Source: Christensenella sp. UBA1782 (GTDB lineage Bacteria; Bacillota; Clostridia; Christensenellales; DTU072). From it: 55,608 nt of DNA. The position numbers were made by a program, and so were the translations under genes. Of the stretch, positions 32,566 through 41,745 are shown piece by piece (position 1 is the first letter of the stretch; every line of letters begins with the position of its first letter). Location of the stretch: assembly GCA_002315475.1 (NCBI GenBank), contig DCGI01000050.1:139-55746 (forward strand), written 5' to 3'. Under the pieces are notes generated by a model, which saw only the letters and a list, made by a program, of their open reading frames with translations, did no database searches and was not told where the DNA came from.

Positions 32566-33774
32566 TTAGTCTGCCATCGGCGGCACGTCGATTTCTACGT
32601 CGCTAATCGGGAAGGTACAGCAAGGATGCACGTATCCGTAATCCAAGTCGGCAAGTCTTCTGCCGTCCACCGACTTCGGAACGTATACGTCGCCTTTTAC
32701 CAAACGGGAGTGGCAATAGCCGCAAATTCCGCTTCTGCATTCGCTCGGAGCGGCAATACCCGCTTTTTCCATGGAAACGAGCAAGGTGTCGTTGGCTTTG
32801 GCGTCGATTTCAAAGGTTTCGTCGCACATCTTCACCGTCAACTTAAACACGCTGTCTTTGACCGCTTGCGGATAGTCTTCGTTCTTTTCGGGATGATGAT
32901 ATTCTCCGAAAAGTTCGTGACGAACGAACTTTCTGCGAATACCGAGCTTTTCGATTTCTTTATCGAGAGCGTTATACATCGCTTGCGGTCCGCACATAAA
33001 GATCGAATAATCGCCCTCCGGTGCGTACTTCTTAATAAGGTCGGCAGTGATGAAACCGCTTTCATAACCTTCGGCTTCTTCGTCGCTCAACACGTTAATA
33101 AGTTTGAATTTATCGGTTTTTTGTTCAAGAGCGCGGAATTCATCCAAAAACAAAATATCTTTTTGGGTTCTGGAGCCGTAGAGCAAAGTAAGAGAGCAGT
33201 CTTCGTCGCCGTCGGCTATCGCCTTTGCGAGGGAATAGAACGGCGTAATACCGCTTCCGCCGGCAAGACCGATGACCGTCTTTGCGTCACGAAGGGGTTC
33301 GTAGGTGAATACACCCAAAGGAGCCGAAGCGTCCAATTCGGTGCCGACCGTCCAGTTATCCAAAACGTAGGCAGAACAAAGTCCGCCGTCCACTCTCTTA
33401 ACGGTAAGGGTGTATTTGCCTTCCAACGATTCTTTCGGAGAAGACGACAGCGAGTACGGACGAGAAATGCGAGCGTTCCCGACGGTCAGACGCAAGCAAA
33501 TATATTGTCCTGCCGAAAAGTAAGCCAGTACTTCGGTGCCTTTCTTTTTATCGGGAGCGAACACGAAAGTTTTGACGTCTTTGCCGTGCTCGATAATGTC
33601 GGTAACCACCAAGTGTTGCACGACGGGGTGTAATCTGTTTTTAATCTGATTTTGCAAATAAGAATTATTATCGGGAATATCGGCGGTAGAACCGTTTTGA
33701 ATGGCAACGAACCGCTTCAGCAATCTTTTCGGGAAACCCGTAATATTCATTCCTTTTAACATTGTTTTAGCCAT
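32566..33774 (-). CDS. ferredoxin-NAD(P)+ reductase-type flavoprotein with a C-terminal plant-type [2Fe-2S] domain
   Basis: FAD motif 'RPYSLSS', NAD motif 'GLAGGSGITPFYS', [2Fe-2S] motif 'CRSGICGYCHS...C'. Confidence 0.8.
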   Translation of the reverse strand: MAKTMLKGMNITGFPKRLLKRFVAIQNGSTADIPDNNSYLQNQIKNRLHPVVQHLVVTDIIEHGKDVKTFVFAPDKKKGTEVLAYFSAGQYICLRLTVGNARISRPYSLSSSPKESLEGKYTLTVKRVDGGLCSAYVLDNWTVGTELDASAPLGVFTYEPLRDAKTVIGLAGGSGITPFYSLAKAIADGDEDCSLTLLYGSRTQKDILFLDEFRALEQKTDKFKLINVLSDEEAEGYESGFITADLIKKYAPEGDYSIFMCGPQAMYNALDKEIEKLGIRRKFVRHELFGEYHHPEKNEDYPQAVKDSVFKLTVKMCDETFEIDAKANDTLLVSMEKAGIAAPSECRSGICGYCHSRLVKGDVYVPKSVDGRRLADLDYGYVHPCCTFPISDVEIDVPPMAD

Positions 33775-33776
33775 GA

Positions 33777-35294
33777 TTATTTACCCTCCTTTTTGAGTCT
33801 TGCCACGACCTGCAAAGCGGCGTCGTGTCCGGTTTGGTACGAGCTGTTATAACCGTCACCGAAGTCGGAGTGTCCGCCGACAAAGGTCAAGCCGGGTATT
33901 TTCGGTTCCATTTTAGAACCGACCGAACGAAGCATAACGTTATCCCAGCCGCTCGTTTCATATCCGTAAATGGCACCCTTCGGCGTATTGAGGTATCTCG
34001 CAAAGGTAACCGGCGTAGCAATGGCGATTTCTTCGATATGGGACATAATGTCGATGCCCATCGTCTTTTCATAGTCTTCGATATAGTGACGAACAAATTC
34101 GTTCTTGAACTTCTTATAGTTCTCCGCCGTAACGTCGGTCGGGAAATCTCCGTCGAACATCGGCAACGTAAAGAACAGCATACAGGTTCCTTTCGGCGAG
34201 CAGTCGGGCAGGACTTCGTTCAAGCAGTTGACGATATAATAGTTTTTATCGATGCCGCAACGTTCGTATTGTTCTCGGGTGTTCGAAGTGGTGGTCACGA
34301 AAACGGTATAGTCTTTTACGCCCAATTCTTCTTTGGAACAATCCATACCCAAATAGGCGGTAACCATCGACAAGCCGAGTTTACGAGCATTGGTATACTT
34401 TACCGAAGTCTTCGGGATGTATTTTTTATCAATCATGTTATAGATGGTATTGGGGATGGCGTTGGAAATGACTTCTTTGGCGTAAACTTCTTTTCCATGC
34501 ACTTTGACGCCGATTACTCTGCCTTTCTTATCGAAGAGAAGTCCCTGTGCGGGGCTGTTGTACCAAATATCTCCGCCGTTCTCGTAAATGGATTTGCAGA
34601 CGGCAAGGGATAATTCGTGAGAACGGTGTTGCGGCATGGCAGGTTTGTCGTAGACATACGACCAAACCATGTTGGCAAACTGCATACCGATTAAGTCGTC
34701 GGTCGGCACCCCCAAATACGACCAATACGTCTTCAAAATCGCTTGTGCCTTTTTCGGCATCTTCAAGTAATCGAGAAGATAGTCGGTCGAATAACAACCC
34801 GCTTTCACGAAGTCGATATAATCGGAAAAGAATTTTACCGGAACGGTAACCGAACCCATATAATCCATCGCATCGGCGGTCATTTTGGCAAGCGTCAAGA
34901 ATTTTTCCGCACTTTCGCGAGAACCGGGGACGGCTTTTTCCAAAGAATCGACAAAACCTTCCACCCCGCTTTTGACGATGGCGTCGTATCCGTCCTCTCC
35001 CTTGTTAATAACGCGGAAAAGGTCGTTATCGTACGACCACTTTATGTCGGCACCCAATCCGTCAAAAAATCTGTACACCATAGCCGGATGTTCTTTCGTA
35101 CCCACGTAGCAAAGTTCGTGCAAAGACGGCTCAAACTCGAACCGACCTCTCACAAAGCTGGACGCACAACCACCGGGGATATTGTGTTTTTCGAGCAACA
35201 ACGTCTTTAAGCCGTTTTTGGCACAGTACGCCGCACTCATTAAGCCACCGTTACCGGCACCGATAACGATTACATCATATTTGTTTTGGCTCAT
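33777..35294 (-). CDS. NAD(P)/FAD-dependent oxidoreductase, phytoene-desaturase (CrtI)-like family
   Basis: 'YDVIVIGAGNGGLMSAAYCAKNGLKTLLLEKHNIPGGC' and a C-terminal 'FVGGHS' region. Confidence 0.75.
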   Translation of the reverse strand: MSQNKYDVIVIGAGNGGLMSAAYCAKNGLKTLLLEKHNIPGGCASSFVRGRFEFEPSLHELCYVGTKEHPAMVYRFFDGLGADIKWSYDNDLFRVINKGEDGYDAIVKSGVEGFVDSLEKAVPGSRESAEKFLTLAKMTADAMDYMGSVTVPVKFFSDYIDFVKAGCYSTDYLLDYLKMPKKAQAILKTYWSYLGVPTDDLIGMQFANMVWSYVYDKPAMPQHRSHELSLAVCKSIYENGGDIWYNSPAQGLLFDKKGRVIGVKVHGKEVYAKEVISNAIPNTIYNMIDKKYIPKTSVKYTNARKLGLSMVTAYLGMDCSKEELGVKDYTVFVTTTSNTREQYERCGIDKNYYIVNCLNEVLPDCSPKGTCMLFFTLPMFDGDFPTDVTAENYKKFKNEFVRHYIEDYEKTMGIDIMSHIEEIAIATPVTFARYLNTPKGAIYGYETSGWDNVMLRSVGSKMEPKIPGLTFVGGHSDFGDGYNSSYQTGHDAALQVVARLKKEGK

Positions 35295-35343
35295 ATTTAC
35301 CTCCCTATTCTTGTTTTTTATATATAAATATATATCAAAAGGT

Positions 35344-35372
35344 AGTATAACATTATTTTATCCTCTTGACAA
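35344..35372 (-). promoter_or_regulatory. sigma70-like promoter of the redox gene cluster
   Basis: On the minus strand: TTGTCA (35367-35372), 17-nt spacer, TATACT (35344-35349). Confidence 0.5.
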
Positions 35373-35431
35373 TAATTTTTTGAAAATTTCTTGCAAAGTT
35401 TTGTTGCGAAACCTCCCCTCGTAATAAGGCA

Positions 35432-36490
35432 TTAGATTGATACCATCTCTTTGTCGATATGGGGGAAATCAAAGGAAGGCATATCCGTTTCCGTTTTGGC
35501 ATGGCTTTCCGCAACGCCGGGTTTATCGACGGCAAAGCGATAGACGGTGTCGTAGTGCAGTCCGGCGCAAAGCGTCATGGTGCGTTCGGTATTGTTATAA
35601 ACTGAGCTCCACAACGTAATAATCGGGTAACCGCGTTTATGGATATAGTCGAGGTGGCAGTTTTCCAAAATCCGCATTGCCTCCCCTTCGGTGACCGTTT
35701 TCTTCTCGGCAAGGGTATCCAAAATGTATTGCCTTCTTTCATAGCCGAATCCTTTGGAATTATCTCCGTCCGCTTGGATAAAATAATTGGTCAAACTTTG
35801 CGTACCCGACGAGTACGTTATGCGTATCTCGTTCCGCACGTATTCCACAATAACGCTTTTACCGCTTGCATCGGTGATTTGAAAATGATAGTTGCAAAAT
35901 ACCGAATCGTGCATGGCGCAGTTTTCAAAAACCGAAACCGCTTCTTCCACCGTCGCACAAGTGTCCAGCACCGCCCGAATGACGGTCGTCGTCGTTTGCG
36001 GCGTGCGTACCCGTTTTTGATTGGTCGGTTTGGTTTTTATCTCCAATACCGCTATCGCCAAGCCTTTTTCGTTAATACCGTCCATACAAACGTACGGCGC
36101 AAGAAGCAACCTTCCCGCCCCTTTTTTGTCGGCTTTTCGTATGTTCTTTTTCCCGAAAAGCATAAACGTCGCATTGGCGACGGCTACGCTTTTATACCCC
36201 TTTTCGGGACTTGTCCAAACCACCAACAAAGGCGCGTCCATATAGTCGAAGTTCCTACCCATAACGAATTGCCCGTTCGGGGTTCTGCCGTTAAAAGAGG
36301 AACAGGCAAACGACCTCTTCTGCCGTCCCATCTCCCGCAAGACGAATCCGAGCAACCCGCCGATAGAACGAACTCCCTTTTGTAAAACTCTTTCCAACCC
36401 GTACCCGTTACGGTACACGAGGGTATAAACGGTATCGTCGATTCGACGAAAAGAGCGTACGGTTTCTTCCTGCTCAGTCGTCCTTTTCAT
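35432..36490 (-). CDS. Cys-nucleophile Ntn hydrolase (C45 peptidase / choloylglycine-hydrolase-like)
   Basis: 'FACSSFNGRTPNGQFVMGRNFDYMD' fits the Cys-nucleophile plus GRNFD pattern of this superfamily. ATG at 36490 with GGAG 8 nt upstream. Confidence 0.55.
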   Translation of the reverse strand: MKRTTEQEETVRSFRRIDDTVYTLVYRNGYGLERVLQKGVRSIGGLLGFVLREMGRQKRSFACSSFNGRTPNGQFVMGRNFDYMDAPLLVVWTSPEKGYKSVAVANATFMLFGKKNIRKADKKGAGRLLLAPYVCMDGINEKGLAIAVLEIKTKPTNQKRVRTPQTTTTVIRAVLDTCATVEEAVSVFENCAMHDSVFCNYHFQITDASGKSVIVEYVRNEIRITYSSGTQSLTNYFIQADGDNSKGFGYERRQYILDTLAEKKTVTEGEAMRILENCHLDYIHKRGYPIITLWSSVYNNTERTMTLCAGLHYDTVYRFAVDKPGVAESHAKTETDMPSFDFPHIDKEMVSI

Positions 36491-38120
36491 TCCTTTTCTC
36501 CTGCGTATAAACTTCTTGAACGGCATAAAACGCCGCCTTCTTTTCTCGTCTGTCACTGACTAAACCTTTGTTACATTTCCCGCCTACGCGATGATAAAAC
36601 TCTATCGGATCGATGCGACAATCGCAAAACTGCCACACGAATACACCGACGATTTCGGGAACCGACATGTAGTATCGAGCATTCTCCCGTAAGACTTTTG
36701 CCTGATACTCCTCGCTCCACTCCTCGGGTACGTCGCTGTGAAAACCGTACAGTCCCGAAGCACCGAACTCGCTGATAAGGACGGGTTTGCCTCTGCCGCC
36801 CGCCTCCCGTATCCGCGCATAAACCTGCGGAAACATATCGCAAGGTTTCCGTTCGTCCTGCCACCCGTAATAGAGATTCAACGAAACCACGTCCGCCAAG
36901 TCGAAACAACGGGAAGTAAACGGACGACAGCTTGCAAAGGTTACCGGACGGGAAGCGTCTAAACTTTTCAGTTGCGCTATATGCTTTTTATAGATTCTTC
37001 TTCCCAACCGCGTCGTATCGGAACACTCGTTTAGGCATCCCCAAATCACGATAGAAGGATGCCCGATATGCCATTTCATCATTTCTTCGCCACAGTCGAA
37101 AAGCTGCTTTTCGAAAAGAGGATGGTACATTTTTTTGACGTCGAAGCCTCTCGTATGGGTTTCTTCCCAAACGAGAAAACCCATTTCGTCGCAAGCGTCC
37201 AAAAACAAACTCGAATTGGGATAATGGCTTGTCCGTATGGCATTCACGCCCAATTCTTTCAGAAGTGCCAAATCTTTTTGCATGCCCTCCAAGGGAACGG
37301 CAGAACCGCTTGTTCCGTAGCTTTCGTGCCGATTGACACCTTTCAAAAAGTATTTTTTACCGTTGACGTACACGCCGTCGACACGTGTTTCCACCGTACG
37401 AAAACCCGTCCTTTCGACGAGGTCGTCCACCGCCGTATCGCCCTGCCGCAGCTCGAAACGAACCTCGTACAAAACGGGATTTTCGGGGCTCCAAGCCCGG
37501 ACGCCTTCCAAATAAAATATCCGCTTTTCGGGGAAGGCGTTCAGCCTTCCCAACGGGAAATTTTTGCCGTCACAGAGGGCAAAAATTTCCCCCTGTCCCT
37601 CCCCCCTTATTTCACAGGACAATCCCCATCCTTTCTCGGTACGGAAAGGCACGAGACCGACCGCATCGATATAGCTATCCGCTATATATTCCATTTGACA
37701 ATCTCGGATGATACCGCCGTAGGAATAATAATCGTTGGGGACGTGCAGAGCCGAACGGAAACCGTATCGATTGTTTACTTCCACTTCCAAAAGATGTTTA
37801 CCCGCCTCCACGACGTCGGTGGTACAGGCAAAAGGGGTAAACGCGTTATAGTGTTTTCCGATGATTTTTCCGTCCAAACGGACGGTGGCGAAAAAGCTGA
37901 CGCCTTCGAAATAGAACCGCAATCTTGTCTTCGGCGTTTCCACCGTTTTGCTATATACCACCGTTCCTTTGTAGGTAGACAGTTGCGGATATCGTTCCCA
38001 AACGGAAGGAACGGCAGTATCGCACTCGAAGCGGTTTTTTGCCTTCATGTGCCACGTTCCGCTTAACGGTACGACCGGTCTTACCGTATGGGTTTGAAAA
38101 AGTCTGGTTCCGCAATGCAT
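36474..38120 (-). CDS. GH2 glycoside hydrolase (beta-glucuronidase/beta-galactosidase-like)
   Basis: 'VNRHE', 'NAIRTSHYP', acid/base region 'VIWGCLNECS', nucleophile region 'LISEFGA'. Start set to the ATG at 38120, 1 nt after the upstream stop. Confidence 0.8.
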   Translation of the reverse strand: MHCGTRLFQTHTVRPVVPLSGTWHMKAKNRFECDTAVPSVWERYPQLSTYKGTVVYSKTVETPKTRLRFYFEGVSFFATVRLDGKIIGKHYNAFTPFACTTDVVEAGKHLLEVEVNNRYGFRSALHVPNDYYSYGGIIRDCQMEYIADSYIDAVGLVPFRTEKGWGLSCEIRGEGQGEIFALCDGKNFPLGRLNAFPEKRIFYLEGVRAWSPENPVLYEVRFELRQGDTAVDDLVERTGFRTVETRVDGVYVNGKKYFLKGVNRHESYGTSGSAVPLEGMQKDLALLKELGVNAIRTSHYPNSSLFLDACDEMGFLVWEETHTRGFDVKKMYHPLFEKQLFDCGEEMMKWHIGHPSIVIWGCLNECSDTTRLGRRIYKKHIAQLKSLDASRPVTFASCRPFTSRCFDLADVVSLNLYYGWQDERKPCDMFPQVYARIREAGGRGKPVLISEFGASGLYGFHSDVPEEWSEEYQAKVLRENARYYMSVPEIVGVFVWQFCDCRIDPIEFYHRVGGKCNKGLVSDRREKKAAFYAVQEVYTQEKRNEKDD

Positions 38121-38121
38121 C

Positions 38122-40017
38122 TTATTCCTCATACTTTTGCAGTACAAACGCAAAATTATTATCGGGTGCGCCCTCGTCGTTCAAAAGTCCGTCGGTAAAG
38201 TTTTCGATAAATGCGTCGATGATATTACTCAAATGAATATATACCTTGTCGTCTTCTTCGAATTCCGAATAATCGAGATAATCGCCGTATCCGTCCGCCA
38301 ACAACACGTCGGTATACTGTGTAACGGCGGGAAGTTCAAGGATCTCTAAAAGTCCGCCGTCGACAATACCGTCCAACAACGCCTTGATGGTCGAGGCGTT
38401 GTTTGTGGCGTCCGATAATTCGATTTTGAGCTTTTCAATAAAACCGATTTTTGCAATAACGGGGATTTCTCCGATAATGCCGAGTAAATCGTTTTTACAG
38501 ACTTCCAATTTTCCTTCGGTATATAATTTTTCCAAATCGCCGGAAATATCGTATGCCGAAATATCCTCGTTGCATGCGTGAATCCGTTCGGTCAAACGAA
38601 AGTCGCTCAACGTCCGTACGGCGGTGTAAACGGCGTATTTCAACAAAGCAAGATGGTCGTCCCCTTCCTCCAATTTTTCGTCCCCGCCAAAGTTCTTTTT
38701 GACGAAGTATACGACGACGCTGCAAACGGTATCGCAATCGTCCACGACGGGAATATCTATACCGTACTCCGAACATATCGACTTCAAATTCTTTTGACCG
38801 GAATACAGCGGCATATAGAAGAAATCGGAAGCCGCTTTCGATAGGTCGAGGAAGAGTTGATTAGCGTCTTCGGTGCCTTCCGCACCCAGCATTGCCAAGA
38901 TTTCATCCCAATCCACTTTTTCATAGTAATGGGTACCGAACGCCGTATTTTCGTACTCCAAAACGTATTGTTGCAGGTTCGAAACGATTTCCTGTCTTTC
39001 CTCCTGCGAATAGAATGCGGGGATATAATCGGGATTGACGGAAGGGATGCTTTCGGTAGTAATGCGAACCTCTTTTCCGTCGTCCGTAAAGGTACGAACG
39101 GGTAACGTGGTAAAGGTTAAAGAACCCGTTTCCACCTCGTAGAAGGTGTAGTCTTCGTGCGTATACGTAGCGATATCCTGTTGATGCACGTGTCCGCAAA
39201 AACCGAACGAAACGTCGTAGTCTTCCAACACCTGCAAAAATTCTTCTCGTCTGTTGATATAGGTAAATTGTCCCGCTAAATCGCCGACGTGCGAAAGGAC
39301 GGGAAAGTGCGTAATCAAGAAGGGTTCTTTACCGTCCGAACGACATTGAAGCAGTTGAAAGTACAACCAGTCCAACAATTCGTCGGTTACGTCGGGCAAG
39401 TGCCGTCCCTCGAGGGAGCCGTCCTCTTCGAGGGTATAATGTGCGGTATCCACCGCAATTAACCGATATTTCTCATTCAGTTCCGCCGTATACGAAAGGG
39501 TGTTTTCGTCCCGTTCCAATGCTTCGTTATAACCGAAATCGGCGTAGATTTCGGCAAATTCTTCGGGCGAAACGTTGTCGATACTTTCGCTTATTTCCTT
39601 TTTATAGGACTTGGAATAATTGTTTATATCATGGTTTCCGTTGATGACGAAACACTTTTTTCCCGCCTGTTCCGCGCGAGCAAGCTGTCGAGCGACCTCT
39701 TGGTGCGCCACTTTGGCACCGTCGTCGGTCAAGTCGCCGGTGATAATCAGTACCGGACTGTCGCTTGCGATAAAGTTATCGATTGCCGTCCGAAACAGTG
39801 CTTCGGTTAAGCCGAAAACCTTTTCGTTTTTCCTGACCTTTTCATACAAACTTGCCGTCATCGTATCCCCGTACTGCTCCGAACTCACGATATGAATATC
39901 GGAAAAAACGGTGAAATTCGTTTGTTCCGCCTTGTCGTTACATCCCGATAACGTACAAACCGACAGTATGCCGATAAGCGTCACCAAAACCATCATAACC
40001 ATACATCTTTTTTTCAT
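38122..40017 (-). CDS. lipoprotein calcineurin-like metallophosphoesterase with a large C-terminal extension
   Basis: Lipobox 'CTLSGC'. Phosphoesterase motifs 'VFSDIHI', 'ITGDLTDDG', 'INGNHD' and 'CGHVHQ'. Confidence 0.8.
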   Translation of the reverse strand: MKKRCMVMMVLVTLIGILSVCTLSGCNDKAEQTNFTVFSDIHIVSSEQYGDTMTASLYEKVRKNEKVFGLTEALFRTAIDNFIASDSPVLIITGDLTDDGAKVAHQEVARQLARAEQAGKKCFVINGNHDINNYSKSYKKEISESIDNVSPEEFAEIYADFGYNEALERDENTLSYTAELNEKYRLIAVDTAHYTLEEDGSLEGRHLPDVTDELLDWLYFQLLQCRSDGKEPFLITHFPVLSHVGDLAGQFTYINRREEFLQVLEDYDVSFGFCGHVHQQDIATYTHEDYTFYEVETGSLTFTTLPVRTFTDDGKEVRITTESIPSVNPDYIPAFYSQEERQEIVSNLQQYVLEYENTAFGTHYYEKVDWDEILAMLGAEGTEDANQLFLDLSKAASDFFYMPLYSGQKNLKSICSEYGIDIPVVDDCDTVCSVVVYFVKKNFGGDEKLEEGDDHLALLKYAVYTAVRTLSDFRLTERIHACNEDISAYDISGDLEKLYTEGKLEVCKNDLLGIIGEIPVIAKIGFIEKLKIELSDATNNASTIKALLDGIVDGGLLEILELPAVTQYTDVLLADGYGDYLDYSEFEEDDKVYIHLSNIIDAFIENFTDGLLNDEGAPDNNFAFVLQKYEE

Positions 40018-40145
40018 GTTTACCTCCGCGTTGCGATACTATTAAGAATAATACCATATAAACGCCGTAAAATCAATATTGGGTATTGAAAAAATCCATA
40101 CTTTTTGTTATACTTATCTCATTCTTTACTTATGAGGTTTTTATT

Positions 40146-40955
40146 ATGTCCTTCGTCGATTTTTTAAGAATGTTCTTCGGTTGGGAAGACAACCGCGAAG
40201 CCGCCGGCTTTTTGTCCTGGAAACACTTGCTTTTCGTTACCGTTTATATTGCGATAGCCACCGTTCTTGCCGTTTTTCTTGCCAAAAAGCATAAAAACGG
40301 AACCGAAAAAGAAAAACTGCGGGTTTTGAAAATCGCTTCCGTCGTCATGTTATCGTGCGAAGCACTCAAAATCGTCATCATTTCCGTTCGTTCTCAAGAC
40401 GCCCTCGCCTTTCTCGGTATGTTGCCCTTATTCTTATGCAGCATCCACCTCTTTTCCATTGCTTTGGGTGCATTTACCAAAGGCGTGGTGCAAGAAGCGG
40501 CGTTGACGTTCTTGTACGTCTTCGGTATCCTCAGCAGCCTCGCCGGAACCTATCTTGCCGGAAACTATTTCGGAAGCAGTGCCGTTTTCAGTTTTGACTT
40601 AATGGTAAGCGTCACCACGCACACCATTTCCGGTTTTTCTTCTCTCTACCTTATCTTGGTGGGACTCATCAAAATCGACAAGAAAAAGGTCATCGAATGC
40701 GCCGCCATTCTCTTTGTGTTCACCATTCTCGCCCACCTCGCCAACGTTCTTTTGGAACCCACTTCCTACGAAAGCAACTATATGTTCCTGTCCCGTTCTT
40801 CGGGTACGCCCTTTGCCATCGTAGACACCATGGTCGGCGGCAACAAGGTTCTTTACGGCGTCATGGTCGCTCTTTTGCAATACGCCTATATGTTTGCCTT
40901 CTTGGGCGTTTACTTCCTCATTAAAAAATTACAGGCAAAGAAAAAAGTCGCATAA
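40146..40955 (+). CDS. polytopic integral membrane protein (possibly YwaF/TMEM164-like)
   Basis: About 7 hydrophobic segments. ATG at 40146 after GAGG. Upstream promoter TTGAAA-17-TATACT. The family assignment is tentative. Confidence 0.55.
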   Translation: MSFVDFLRMFFGWEDNREAAGFLSWKHLLFVTVYIAIATVLAVFLAKKHKNGTEKEKLRVLKIASVVMLSCEALKIVIISVRSQDALAFLGMLPLFLCSIHLFSIALGAFTKGVVQEAALTFLYVFGILSSLAGTYLAGNYFGSSAVFSFDLMVSVTTHTISGFSSLYLILVGLIKIDKKKVIECAAILFVFTILAHLANVLLEPTSYESNYMFLSRSSGTPFAIVDTMVGGNKVLYGVMVALLQYAYMFAFLGVYFLIKKLQAKKKVA

Positions 40956-41026
40956 CCTACCCCTCTCTGCGTCGCCAAAGCCGTCCGAAATACGAACGGC
41001 TTTTTGTTTTAACGTATTTTGTCAAT

Positions 41027-41596
41027 ATGGAACATATAAACATATTATCCTATGCGCATGCCGAAGAATTCCGAACTTGGCTCGCCGAACACGCCCAAAC
41101 CGAAAAAGAATGTTGGCTTGTTTTACAACGGGGAAAGCCCGTCGATACCAATGTTTTTTATTATTTGGACGCCGTCGAAGAAGCCCTTTGCTTCGGATGG
41201 ATTGACGGCACGCTCGGGTTGGTAAACGGCGTTCGGATGCAACGTTTTTCTCCGAGAAGGGAGGGTTCCGCTTGGACGGAACTCAATAAAGAGCGGGCAA
41301 GACGCTTGGAAAAAACGGGGCGTATGACGGCGTACGGAAGGAGGGTTCTGCCCAACCTTTCGATGCCGTTCGTCCTGCATCCCGTCATCGAACAAAAAAT
41401 TCGGGCGGAAAACCTTTGGGAAACCTTTCTTGCCTTTCCGCCTCTCTACCAACGGGTACGCGGTTACAACCTCGCCTTTTCTTTGACAAAATTGCCGGAC
41501 TCCTTTCCGAAAGCGTGGGAAAACTTTGTCAAACACACCCGAAACGGGGAAACCTACGGGGAGTGGAACGACTACGGCAGACTGCTTTCTTACTGA
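41027..41596 (+). CDS. YdeI/OmpD-associated (bacteriocin-protection) family protein
   Basis: 'FRTWLAEHAQTEKECWLVL' and 'YLDAVEEALCFGWIDG' are typical of the YdeI/DUF1801-type family. Confidence 0.65.
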   Translation: MEHINILSYAHAEEFRTWLAEHAQTEKECWLVLQRGKPVDTNVFYYLDAVEEALCFGWIDGTLGLVNGVRMQRFSPRREGSAWTELNKERARRLEKTGRMTAYGRRVLPNLSMPFVLHPVIEQKIRAENLWETFLAFPPLYQRVRGYNLAFSLTKLPDSFPKAWENFVKHTRNGETYGEWNDYGRLLSY

Positions 41597-41649
41597 AACT
41601 TCGTCGCCAAACGGCGACCGACGGAGCGAATCCTTCGCTCCGTAAAAAA

Positions 41650-41745
41650 GGTGCGGGGAGACACATTCTCCCCGCACCCCTTTTGTTTTCGGAAGAGGGG
41701 TTTTGGGGAGGAAACCTTTTTCAAAAGGGTTCCTCCCCGCACCCC
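41650..41745. repeat. GC-rich palindromic intergenic repeat, copy A (two hairpin modules; acts as a bidirectional terminator)
   Basis: Module 1 is GGTGCGGGGAG-ACACATT-CTCCCCGCACC followed by CCTTTTG. Module 2 is GGGGAGGAAACCTTTTTCAAAAGGGTTCCTCCCC. Related copies lie at 49235-49328 and 55504-55608. Confidence 0.7.

Noticed and set aside
32476-33633. 385-aa plus-strand ORF
   Set aside because: It lies entirely antisense to the FNR-type reductase gene, which has clear FAD, NAD and [2Fe-2S] motifs. Its composition is Arg/Phe-rich with no RBS or motifs, so it is a shadow ORF.
37059-38066. 335-aa plus-strand ORF
   Set aside because: It is antisense to the GH2 glycosidase gene, so it is a shadow ORF.
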